Below the pieces are notes generated by a model. It was not told the DNA's origin. It saw nothing but the letters and a program-made list of their open reading frames with translations, and did no database searches. A DNA stretch of 64,000 bases from the human T2T-CHM13v2.0 reference genome, Homo sapiens. Location: assembly GCF_009914755.1 (NCBI RefSeq), contig NC_060931.1; one strand, given 5' to 3'. Positions 45,399-59,900 of the stretch are shown one piece after another; position 1 is the stretch's first letter; the number at the start of each line of letters is the position of its first letter. The translations under genes were made by a program, and so were the position numbers.

Positions 45399-47739
45399 GT
45401 TAAACAGACATGTGTACGCAAAAAGATAGGGAAAAATATGCTAAATGGGGATTATGTATTTTCTATCCTCTTTGTCTTTCATTCTATCTAACAATTAAAT
45501 ATCATTGTTACCCTTATTCCTCACTCTATATACCATAACTCTAATACCTATTGCCTGATATAAAAATCTCATATTCATATTTCATCTTCTATCAATCTAT
45601 GCACTCTTACTGCTATAGAATCTCCAAATTAGTGTATCCAAATAGATTCCCACTCTTCCCAACCATTTCCTCTTCTATTCCATTCCTGCCTATTCCTCCC
45701 TGTCCTCGTCTATTATCAACTTTTACCTTAATTCTAATATCCTCCTTATTGACTCCCTGGTTGGAGCCCCGCAGATCATCAGTAATTTTTCAAACACACT
45801 AGCTAAAATTATGTTTTCAAACACAGAGATATTACCATGTCACCCATCTTCTTATCACCACCATTCTCAGGTTCAAAATCCTCAACAGTGAATATAGAGT
45901 AATTCAACTTAGTGCCTTCCTTAATTCTTTCATACTTACCAAGACTACAGCAAAGTATGCTACCTATAAATTTGTTTGCATCAAATTAATATTTTTTCCT
46001 TAAAAGTTATACAGTATATTCCTTTTGATGGAACATTTTTGCAAAGATTTGATTGTAGAATTCCTAAAATAGTTTACTTATTTATATTTACCATTTTTGT
46101 AATACCATATATTTTCATGAAAGTTAGTTCTCTTTTGAAATTCTACTTACAGCAGACTTTCAAGTGCAAAATGAAGAGCACATATGCAACACAAGAATGG
46201 AAAGAGAGTGAGATTCATCAAATATATTAAAGGAATTTTACATGTGAAATCTAAGCTTTTTCAAAAACAACTGCAAGTTCTAGTTTAAAATTAAAAATAG
46301 AATAAAAATACTTGTCTACATTTCTTCCCCAAACCACATTAAAGATACAGTATTTTTTGTTTTTGTTTTTAAATAAAAATACATATAAACCTCTTCCAGT
46401 TTCTTCCCTTTCTCAAGATGGCAGCAGCCAAGAACAAGATACTAGGGTCATTGCAAGAAAGTTCTGGATTCAGCAAAAGTAGCATGTGAATCTGCCAGTT
46501 TTCAGACGATCTAAGATAAGGTCGGGGGGTTGAATTTCACTAAAAGAAGGCTGTGACAATATTATCGTAGTTCAACCTGTTTACCCAAAATCAAAATTTG
46601 GAGGAGAGGGCTTCTACCAATCTAAAGTAGCTAATGGTGCCAGCATTGCAAGTAAGCATCAACATAAAATGAGTCATTCCCAGCAAGCATCTGGATGATT
46701 TCCAAGTGTCTTATAATGCCTTACAGAACACTATCTAGTAGTAAAATGCCAGCATTATCACATGGCATAATTTGAGCTGCTCAAAACCAAAAAAATGCTC
46801 AGCTGAAGTGAACACTAATGGTTTATCCATCATGTTCTATCCAAATCTCATTAATATAGTATCTCAGAGATAATAGATAGGAAGATTACAAAGAGAAATA
46901 CAAGTAGAAGAAGGTTGTAGGGAAAGGCTGATTTCATTGAAATCTGCTATGGAAAATGGTCAAGTCAATAATAACTTAGTTTATGAATATTATTTCTTTA
47001 CCTTTGTAGGTGGATCAGTATCATCTTGGAAGAGAATTGAGACATTGATCAAGAGAAAAAGACTCTGAGAGGCTGACTTTACAAAACCGGTATCTGTTTT
47101 TCACTCATGTTGTTAGAATAGGCCTCCAATGAAACCTTTTATTCTTACCTGCAATATTACTCAAACAAGTGGGACATTTGGAACTGGTTATTTAATTCTG
47201 ACAGCTATAAGAGTAAGTGTATGATCAACATCAGAAATATGAAACATTGCAGTATCAAAAATAGAAGACAATAGGTATAAATGAGTGAAGGAAGGTAGAA
47301 ATACACTGAAAGAATCTGTAGTTGAATTTATGCTGCTGATCTCTTACTTCTTAGCAGTGAAACTCAGATAAATATTGTTGCTCTTTAAATGAAGTAGTAA
47401 TCTGGACCAACACTGCATTACAGAAAGAACAGTGGTGGCATTGGGTTTATATTTTTAAAAATAGAAGAATATTTTCAGATGGGGCAGCAGTAGCAGCTTG
47501 GTTTTTAATTTCTCCAAATCTCTAAAACTGATCAAGCAACTAGACAGCAAAATCCAAAACTCATGGACAGCGGTTCTGCTTCTTATAGTGTTTAAGTGAC
47601 TTGTATTAGACCAATCTTCTTGCAAATAACACTTACATATCTCTAAACAATGTAAAAATAACCACCTGAATTTCCTAAAAGCAACAAAAAGAATACAGAA
47701 ACTGGAGAAGAGTCAACACATTGAAGAGGATGGCACGTG

Positions 47740-47840
47740 GAATTCCTCAAGGACAGGTACTGTGATGTATCATTCTATCCTCAGTGCCCAGTTTAGTAAT
47801 TGAGCCATAGTAGGTACTCAAAGGTGTATTTGGAAGGAAT
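47740..47840 (+). mobile_element. L2 3' end fragment
   Basis: 'tcctcaaggacagg...tatcctcagtgccca...catagtaggtactcaa...ggaaggaat'. Confidence 0.6.
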
Positions 47841-47869
47841 AGTTAAGAGAGAATTGTCATCACGTAAAT

Positions 47870-49420
<1,551 letters not shown>

Positions 49421-49429
49421 AGTGGCTGG

Positions 49430-50340
49430 TAGGGCAGGCCAAGATGGCCAATTAGAAGTGGCTGCAATCGGCTGCTCTCTTGGAGAAGAACAAAAATGGC
49501 GAGTAAATTCTATACCTTCAACTGAGGTACCCAGGTTCTCACAGTGAGACTGACTAGGCATTCAATGCAACCCACAAAGAGTGAGGAAAACAGGATGGGG
49601 CAACAGCCCACCCATGAGTGGCATGAAGCTAGGGGAGCTCACACCCCCAGCCAAAGGACGTGCTTCCATTGATGATACCTCCAGGTCTGGGAGGGATCCA
49701 GGCGATTAGGGTCTGGAGTGGACCCCAAGGAAGCCACAGCAGCCCCATGGAAAAGAGACTTGACTGATAAAAGAAAAACAAACAAACAGAAAGCAAAACC
49801 ACCACCACCAATAAAAAAGACCCCACAAAAAACCCATTCAAAGATCAGCACCTCAAATATCAAAGGTAAATAAGCCCACAAAGATGAGAAAGAATCAACA
49901 CAAATAAACGCTAAAAACTCAAAAAGCCAGAGTGCCTCTTCTCTAAATAATTGCAACACCTATCCAGCAAGGGCACAGAACTAGGCTGAGGCTGGGATGG
50001 GTGAATGGACAGAAGTAGGCTTCAGAAGGTGGATAATAACTAACTTCACTGAGCTAAAGGAGCATGTTGTAACCCAATGCAAAGAAGCAAAGAATCATGA
50101 TAGAACATTACAGGAGCTAATAACCAGAATAGCCAATGTAGAGAGGAACGTAACTGACCTGATACAGCTGAAAAGCACAACACAAGACTTCACAATGCAA
50201 TCACAAATACAGATAATTGAATAGAACAAGCGGAGGAAAGAATCTAAAAGCTGAAGACTACCGTTCTGAAGTAAGACAGGCAGACAAGAATAGAGAAAAA
50301 AGAATGAAAAGAAATGAATAAAACTGCTGAGAAATATGGA
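49430..50340 (+). mobile_element. 5' portion of an older L1PA (internally deleted 5'UTR and ORF1 N-terminal half)
   Basis: 'ggccaagatggcc' YY1 start, 'actgaggtacccaggttc', ORF1 start 'atgagaaagaatcaac', peptide EVGFRRWIITNFTELKEHV. Confidence 0.85.
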
Positions 50341-50421
50341 TATATTCCATTGTGCACACAATGGAATATATTTAAGCAATAAAAATGAGCAAAATCTTGT
50401 CATTTGCAGCAAGTTGGCTGG

Positions 50422-52645
50422 AATGCTTTTTCTGCATCTACTTGGTTTTGTGTTTCATTCTCTTGATATGATTTGCATATGCTGAACCATCCTTACAGCC
50501 TGGGATAAGTCACACTTGATAATGATGTACTACCTTTTTAATGTGCTTTTGAACTCAGTTTGCTAATATTTTGTTGAGAATTTGTGTGTCTATGTTCATG
50601 AGAGATATTGGCTTGTAGTTTTCTTTATTTGTTGTGTCCTGTCCTTGTCTGGTTGGTAACAGGGTATTACTGGCCTTATATAATTAGTTAGTAAATATTT
50701 CCTCTTCATTTTTTTTGGATAGTTTGAGATGAAATTATGTTAGGTTTTCTTTATAAGTGTGGTAGAATTTGGCAGTGAAGCCATCTGGTCCTGGGCTTTT
50801 CTTTGTTGGGATGCTTTGTATTACTGATTTAATCTTGTTACTCATTATCGGCCTGTTTAAGTTTTCTATTTCTTCCTGATTCAGTCTTAATAGATGACAT
50901 GTGTACAGGAATTTATTCATAAGTTTTCCAATTTATTAGCATATAGTTGCTCATAACAGTCTCTGATGATCCTTTGTATTTCTGTTGTATCAGTTGTTAT
51001 GTCTCTTTTCATTTCTGATTTTGTTGACTTGGGCCTTCTCTCTTTATTTTCTTGCTTAGTTAAGCTAGTATTAATTTTGTTTATTTTTTCAAAAAACCAA
51101 ATCTTTGATTCATTGATTCTTTGTATTTTTTTAGTCTCTATTTGTTTAGTTCTGCTCTGATCTTTATTACTTCTTTTCTTCTACTAATTTTGGCTTTAAT
51201 TAGTTCTTGCTTTTCTAATTCCTTAAGGTGAATTTTTAAATTGTTTATCTGAAATCTTTCTGCTTTTCTGATACAGGCGTTTATTGCTATAAACTTCCAT
51301 GTTAGCACTGCTTTTTTGTATCCTACAGGTTTTGATATGTTGTGTTTATATTTTGTTTCACATTTTTATGTCCTCCATATTTTTTCTTGACTCAGTGGTC
51401 ATTCAGGAGCATATTGTTTAATTACATGTATGTTTATTGTTTCCAAAGTTCCTCTTCTTACTGATTTCTGGTTTTATTCCATTGTAGTCTACAAAGGTAC
51501 TTGGTATGGTTTTGATGGTTTAAAATTGGTTGAGATTGGTTTTGTGGCCTAACATATTGTGTATCGTGGAGAATGTTCCATGTGCTGATGAGAAGAATGT
51601 GTATTCTCCATCTGTTAGATAAAATGTTCTTAGATGTCTGTTAGGTTCATTTGGTCTAAAGTGCAGTTTAAATCTAATGTTTCTTTATTCATTCTCTGTC
51701 TAGACGATCTGTTTAATGCTAAGAGTGGGGTGTTGACATTACCAGCTATCATTGTATTGGACTCTGTCTCTCCCTTCAGATCTAATATTATTCGCTATAT
51801 ATCTCAGGGTGCTCCACTGTCGAGTGCATATATATTTACAATTGTTACATCATCTTGTTGAATTGATCTGTTTATCATTATATAATGACCTTATTTGTTT
51901 CTTTTTACTATTTTTGACTTAAAGTCTGTTTTATCTAAGTATAGCTAGTCCTGCTCACTTTTGGTATGTATATGCATGGAATATCTTTTTCCATTCCTTT
52001 ACTTTCAGCCTGTGGTGTCTTTACAGGTGAGATAAGTTTCTTGTATGCAGACTATAGTTGGGGCTTGATTTGATATTTTTTACATTCAAGGTTTTTATTG
52101 ATACGTGAAGACTTATTCATGTCATTTTGTTGTTTTTTGTTAGTTTTGCATATCTTTTGTTCTCTCTTTCTCTCTTGTTGTTTATCATCACACTTTGGTA
52201 ATTTTCTGAAGTGGTAACATTTGTGTCTTTTCTCTTCCTCATTTGTGTGTTTGCTTTACCAGTGGGTTTTATACTTTTGTGTGTTTTCGTGTTGGTAGAT
52301 ATTGTTCTTTTGTTCCCATGCATAGGACTCCTTTAAGCATCTTTGTGGGGTCAGTCTAGTGGTGATAAATTCTCTGTTTCTGCTTGTCTGCAAAATGCTT
52401 TACTTCTTTTTCATTAATGATGAATAACTATACTGGGTATAATATCCTTGTTTGGCATTTTTTTGTGTGTGTTTCTTTTTCTTTCAGTATTTGGGATATA
52501 CCATTTTATTCTTTCCTGGCCTATAAGATTTGTGATGAGAACCACAGTTAGTCTGATGGGGGTTCCCCTATATGTGACTAGATGCTTATCTCTTGTTCTT
52601 CTGGAATTCTCTGTTTTTTGCACTTGACACTTTGGCTATAATGTC
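50422..52645 (-). mobile_element. L1MA/L1PB-like fragment (ORF1 end to ORF2 N-terminal half)
   Basis: Minus-strand peptides [23 protein letters not shown] (ORF2) and VTYRGTPIRLT (ORF1). Confidence 0.85.
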
Positions 52646-53799
52646 ACATTATTCATCATTACATTGTAAGAAAACCACATTTTTTTATATGCTCAGACTA
52701 AAAGAACTATAGTGGTAATTTTTCAATACAGTATTTTGCTGATAAGATGAAAATCATATTCTTCCTTATTTTTCTTTTCATGTTCAGTCGGTTTTACACC
52801 TGTATTTCTTTTCTTAAACTATGCAGAAAAATAATTGACTCCACATGTGTATAGAGGTACAAAAATGAAGTATTTGGGAGAGGAAGAGCCATTGTTAGTT
52901 CAAACAGCATTTGACTTTAGAAGATTTTTAAACTATGTTTTATCGTAAATTGTTGAGATGATGATTTTACATTCAGGAAAGAAGATGAGATCACTTCAGG
53001 AGTATTATATATTAAAATTGATTTTTTGAATTTCTCCTGTTTATGTATTTATTGCCAGCAGTTAGAACATAGTTTAATATTCCATACTTAGATATCTTCT
53101 TTGGCTTTAATTGTTTTATTTTTTTTCGCAGACTTCCTTATCTCTAAACTATCTCTGATCTAGTGAAACCACATTAAATCTTATTGTCAGTTCTAGGTCA
53201 TTCTACACCTTTTTATAGAGGTGTGCCTACCATTAAGCAAAGTGGATATATGAAATATTTCATTTAACCAAAAGTTTATTTTGCAAATGGTTAACCTGTT
53301 TGCAGAATTACATTACACTTTACAAATGAATTTGCACTACTTCTATTGGGCTTAAGATATCATTTTATTGCAAAGCATTTTTTCATACTTTCTTGGGGTA
53401 TTATTCACTGTGGAAATTCAGCAGGTCATTTATCTAAAAGTAGATCTTCACTCATTCATTCCACACATAATTATATTGATGAAGCTTCAAGCATGTAATT
53501 CTGAAAAGTTGATAGGTGTCCTGATACTGACATTTCACTAAAGACAGTTAAAATTTGATCCCAAATTCTTTTTGACCATACTAAAACAGCATATGCCATT
53601 ATATAAAATGACATAGCAACGGTGTTCTAAAAATTATTCTTGACATTTTTCCCCATCAGAACAGTAAAAAGAAAGCCAATTCATCTCTCTGGGGCTGTTT
53701 ATACACTCATTATCTTCATACATTAATGTATCTATTTTTTTCTTTCTTGTTAGTCTTTCTAGTATAATATGTAGTTATTGGCAATCAATTATCTGTTTA

Positions 53800-54015
53800 G
53801 TTTGTACCAATTATTTATTATGCATTAATCTAGGTACTGGATTTCCAAAGATAAACCTGGATTCAAGGCACAATATAGTTAGGAAGATGTTAAAGTGAAA
53901 GGTAATTATAATACAGTGTGATAAAAGCCACAACTGCAGTATTACCAGAGATATATGGGAGTCAAAAGAGGCCTAGATCTGTTTCAGAAAACTTTATAGA
54001 GAAGATGTTAAACTA
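53800..54015 (-). mobile_element. L2 fragment
   Basis: 'taattataatacagtgtgataaaagc...tcagaaaactttatagagaag' resembles antisense L2. Very diverged. Confidence 0.5.
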
Positions 54016-56227
54016 TACTTGATATATAAACAACAGATTGTTGCTCCTCTTTTTTTGTTTGTCTGGTTGGTTTTGGTTAATTTCCTTGTCACTGTTTCCA
54101 AAAGTGTAATTTAAAGATCACATGATCCAAATTAATGAGAGCATTATTAATAATGTAGTTAATACAACTTTTGTTCAATAACTATGGTATTGTATGCAGA
54201 ATCTCTTTTAAACTTCTTAGGTCCTTCTTTTAGCTTGATAAATTTTACCATAGAAACAAGAAAAACATAATTTCCTCTTATATCATGATGACTATTATCT
54301 TCATAACCATGTTGTTTACTACCATCATCTCCAAATTGTGTAGTTTGATGTATTGTATATCCAACAAAGTCTGGTTTACTTAGAGATAAATCAGATCCCA
54401 TGAGGCAAGGATCCCATGATTAGTGAATATTTTTTAGGTCAAAGTGGTTAAACCCCCTAACAAATCCTGTCTGCAATCCCTTACCATGTGGTCAATCTAA
54501 CCTGTGCCATTTCTTTGCCATCTACCTGGAATATATTTGAACCATCACCTGCTGTCTGATACTTGCTCATATTTCACATCTAGCCCAAGTGACTCCTCCA
54601 AGCCATCCACAAATAATTCCAGTCCTGCAAAGGTTACATTTTGTTCTGTTGTGCCCTCACCAGACATACCTTTTGCTAGTAAGCCTAACACCTAAATATC
54701 ATTGATATTTCACACTGATAATAATTTTATTCACACAGATTAAAGAGAGGAGCATACATCTTTTCAGGTTGAAAAATATTAGAACTTGAATTTTGTAAAT
54801 AAGATAGAATCAGTGATACAGAGGAGTTAAAATTTTAGAGTTTGTATGTGTAAGAAAAAATGCAGATATTTTTCAGGTTTTTTTTTGCAGAAATAAACAG
54901 GCAAATTCTGTTCTTAAGTGAAAAATAAGAGTATAAAAATATTTTTAATTTTCCCTTTGAGGTTACAGTGCAGAATTTTGTTTCCAAATCAAATAAAGAT
55001 AATTAAATATCTTGCATATTAAATATTAATGTAAAAAATGGTGGATAGGAGGCAGGAGTAACTTACAGCTCCCACTTTGACAGACAGAGCAGTGTGTGAG
55101 ACTGACATCGTGAATTTTTGTTCCAAGCCCTACCGCATTAACATACCAGGAAAGTGAAGAGGATCCACAGATCATTTGAAGGAGGTGGACTGCTGCTGCA
55201 GGCTCCCTGGGACAGCTGAGGAACTGTGAGTCAGCTTGCTTTCTAAGCTGGGAGGCTTGTAACCTGGGGCAAATTCTCAGCCCTGCTTACTGGCTATCTG
55301 GAAATAAACTTGGTACTGTTAAGGGGGCACTGTGGAAGTGAGACCAGCCTTTTGGGCTGCGGGCTATGTGGGAGCTGGGTGAAGCCTTTGGCTGCCAACT
55401 TTCTCCCACTTCCCTGGTGACCTGTGTGACACAGCAGATGCAGCCATAATCCCCATGGGAACATAATTCCATTGGCCTGGGAACCACACTCCCCACCCCC
55501 ACAGCAGCCACAGCAAGCACTGCCCAAGGAGAGTCTAAGCGCAGACACCCTTAACCCTGCCCCAACCTGATGGTCTTTCTCTACCTGCCCTGGTAGCTGA
55601 AGACAAAGAACATAAATGTTGGGAGCTCTATGGCCCCACCCACTGCCTGACCCTAGGGCAAGATTGTATCCTCTTACTGCAGCTGATGCACTCTTGAAAG
55701 CACCACCTTCTGGATGGAGGCCAACCAACACAAAAACCAGTGAACGTAACAAAAATATGACCAAGGACCCTCACAGAGTCTGCTTCACTGCCCTTCTACC
55801 TCCATCGGAGCAGGTGCTGGTATCCATGGCTGAGAGACCTGAAAATGGATATCACAGGACTCTTTGCAGACACTCCTCAGTACCGGCCTGGAGCCCAGTA
55901 GCTCTGCTGGGTGGCTAGATCCAGAAGAGAAATAACAATCACTGCAGTTTGGCTCTAGGGAAGTCCAACCCTAGGGGAAGGGGAAGAGCACCAAATCAAG
56001 GGCACACCCTGTGTGACAAAAGAATATGAACAGCAGCCCTTGAGTCCCAGATCTTCCCTCTGACATAGTCTACCCAAATGAGAAGGAACCAGGAAAACAG
56101 TTCTGGTAATAAGACAAAACAAGGTTCTTTAACATTGACAAAAGATCACACTAGCTCACCAGCAATGGATCCAAACCAAGACAAAATCTCTGAATTGCCA
56201 GAAAAAGAATCCAGAAGTTTGATTATT

Positions 56228-56566
56228 TATTTATTTATTTATTTATTCATTTATTTATTATTTATTTATTTATTTAATTTTTTTGAGACAGAGTCTCGCT
56301 CTGTCACCCAGACTGCAGTGCAGTGGCGCAATCTTGGCTCACTTCAACCTCTGTCTCCTGAGTTCAAGTGATTCTCCTGCCTCAGCCTCCTGAGTAGCTG
56401 GGACTACTGGTGTGCACCACCATGCCTGGCTAAGTTTTTTGTATTTTTAGTAGAGACGGGATTTCACCGTGTTAACCAGGATGGTCTCGATCTCCTGACC
56501 TCGTGATCCACCTGTCTTGGCCTCTCAAGGTGCTGGGATTACAGGCGTGAGCCACCCCGTCTGGCC
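56228..56566 (-). mobile_element. AluSc-like inserted in L1PB ORF1
   Basis: (TTTA)n tail and 'ccaggatggtctcgatctcctgacctcgtg'. 16-bp TSD cagaagtttgattatt / cagaagttcgattatt. Confidence 0.95.
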
Positions 56567-56641
56567 CAGAAGTTCGATTATTAAGCTAATGAAGGAAGCA
56601 CCAGAGAAAGGTGAAGTCCAACTTTAAAAAATCAAAAAATA

Positions 56642-56947
<306 letters not shown>

Positions 56948-59900
56948 GATACAGGATAAAAATGGAAAATCTCTAGTGAAATAGAATAAATAAAAAACAG
57001 TCACAGCTTCTGGAAATAAAGAACACACTTAGAGAAATGCAAAAGGCACTGGAAAGTCTTAACAATAGAATCAAACAAGCAGAAGAAAGAACTTAAGAGC
57101 TTGAAAACAATGCTTTTGAATTAACGCAATCCAAAAAACACAAAAAAGTAATAATTTTTAAAAATGAAGAAAGATTTCAAGAAGTTTGGCATTATGTTAA
57201 ATGACCAAATCTAAGAATAATTGGTGTTCCCAAGGAAGAAGAGAAATCTAAAAGTTTGGAAAACATATTTTAGGGAATAATTAAGGAAAATTTCCCTGGC
57301 CTTGCTACAGATCTAGACACCCAAACACAAGAAGCTGAAAGAACACTTGAGGAATTTATTGAAAAAAGATCATTGCCTCAGCACATAGTTATCAGGTTAT
57401 CTAAAGTCAAGAAAAAGAAAAGCATCTTAAGAGCTGTGAGGCAAAAGAATCAGGTAACCTATAAAGGAAAACCTATTAGATTAACAGATTTATCAGCCAA
57501 GACCCTACAAGCTTGAAGGGATTGGGGTCTTATCTTTAGCCTCGTTAAACAAAACAACTATCAGCCAAGAATTTTGTATCCAGTGAAACTAAGCTTCATA
57601 AATGAAGGAAAGATAAAATATTTTTCAAACAAACAAATGCTGAGAGAATTCACCACTATCAAGTCAGCACTACAAGGAGCTCTAAATCTTGAAACAAATC
57701 CTTGAAATACACAAAAATAGAATCTCCTTAAAGCACAAATCTTATAAGACCTATAACACAATGGCACAATGAAAAAAATAAAACAAAGGTATTCAGGCAA
57801 CAAATAGCATGATGAATAGAATAGAACCTCATATCTCAATACTAACATTGAATGTAAATGGCCTAAATACTCCACTTAAAAGATACAGAATGGCAGAATA
57901 GATAAGAAATCACCAACCAAGTATCCTCTGTCTTCAAGGACTCACCCAACATATAAGGACTCACATAAACTTAAGGTATAGGGGTGGAAAAATATATTCC
58001 AAGTAAATAGACACCAAAGGCAAGCAGAAGTGGCTATTCTTATATCAGACAAAACAAACTTTAAGACAACAGCAGTTAAAAAAGACAAAGAGGGACATTA
58101 TATAATGATAAAAAGACTAGTCTAACAGGAAAATATCAAAATCCTAAATATATATGCACCTAATACTAGAGCTCCCAAATTTGTAAAATAGTTACTACTA
58201 GACCTAAGAAATGAGATAGATAGCAACACAACAATAGTGGAAGACTTTAATACTCCACTGACTGCACTAGACAGACCATCAAAACAAAAAGTCAACAAAG
58301 AAGCAATGGATTTAAACTACATTCTGGAATAAATAGACTTAACAGATATTTATAGACATTCTACCCAACAACTGCTGAATACATATTCTATTCATCAGCA
58401 CATGGAACGTTCTCCAAGATAGACCATACGATAAGTCACAAAACAAGTCTTAACAAATTTAAGAAAATTGAAATTATGTCAGGTACTCTCACAGACCACA
58501 GTGAAATAAAATTGGAAATCAACTCCAAAAGAAACCCTCAAAACCATGCAAACACATGGACATTAAATAACCTGCTTCTGAATAATCTTTGAGTCAACAA
58601 TGAAATCAAGATGTAAATTTAAAAAATTATTTCGACTGAACAATAATAGTGATACAACCTATCAAAACCTCTAGAATACAGCAAAAGAAGAGTTAGGAGG
58701 AAAGTTCATAGCATTAAATACCTACATCTAAAAGTTTGAAAGGGCACAAACAGATAATCTAAGGTCATACCCCAAGGAACTAGAGAAACAAGAACAAACC
58801 AAACTCAAACCCAGCAAATGAAAAGACATAATCATGATCAGAGCAGAACTATATGAAATTGAAACAAAAAACTACAAAAGATAAATGGAATAAGAAAAAT
58901 GGCACTTTGAAAAGATAAATAGAATTGGTAGACCATTAGTGAGATTAACCAGGAAAAGGAGAGAGAAGATCCAAATAAGCTCAATTAGAAACAAAACGGG
59001 AGATATTACAACTGATACCACAGAAATAAAAAGAACATTCAAGGATTCTATTCAAGGATACTTTGAACAGTTTTACACTCATAAACTAGAAAATCTAGAA
59101 GAGATGGATAAATTCTTGAAAAATATACAACCCTCCTAGATTAAACCAGGGAGAAATAGAAACTGAACAGATCAATAATAACATTTTAGCAAGGTCCTCC
59201 ACAAAAATGTGCAGGACCAGATGGATTCACTGCTGAATTCTATCAGATATTCAGAGAATTGGTTCCAATCCTGTTGACGCTATTCCCAAAGATAGAGAAA
59301 GAGGGAATCCTTCCTAAATCATTCTATGAAGCCAGTACCACCCTAATACTAAAACCAGGAAAGGACATAAGAACAACAACAAAAAACACTACCAACCAAT
59401 ATCCCTGATGAACATATTATATGATTAACATAATAGATGCAAAAATCCCCAACAAAATACTAGTTAACCCAATCTAACAGCATATCACAAAGATAATTCA
59501 CCCTGATCAAGTGGGTTTCATACCAGGGATGCAAAGAAGATTTAACATACACAAGTCAATATATGTGATACACCACATAAACAGAATTTAAAACAAAAAT
59601 CACATGATCATCTCAATAGATGAAGAAAAAGCATTTAACAAAATTCAGCACTTCTTTATGATTAAAACCCTCAGCAAAACTAGCATAGAAGGGACATACC
59701 TTAAGGTAATAAAAGTCATCTATGATAAACCCACAGCCAACATTACACTAAACAGGGAAAAGTTGAAAGCATTCTCCCTGAGAACTGGAACAAGACAAGG
59801 ATGCCACTTTCACCACTTCTATTCAACATAGTATTGGAAGTCCTAGCCAGAGGAATCAGATGAGAGAAAGCAATGAAGGGAATCCAAATCAGTAAAGGGG

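Noticed and set aside
45600-45950. Possible L2 relics here and at about 54440-54700
   Set aside because: The similarity is too faint to define boundaries by eye.
46418-46930. Naming a parent for the putative retrocopy (fleeting resemblances to RANBP1, EPRS1, TATDN1, SLIRP)
   Set aside because: The matches are short, mutually inconsistent and weak at the nucleotide level, so they are likely noise.
54159-54401. 80-aa ATG-initiated minus-strand ORF in unique sequence
   Set aside because: No recognisable domain and no convincing splice or promoter context.
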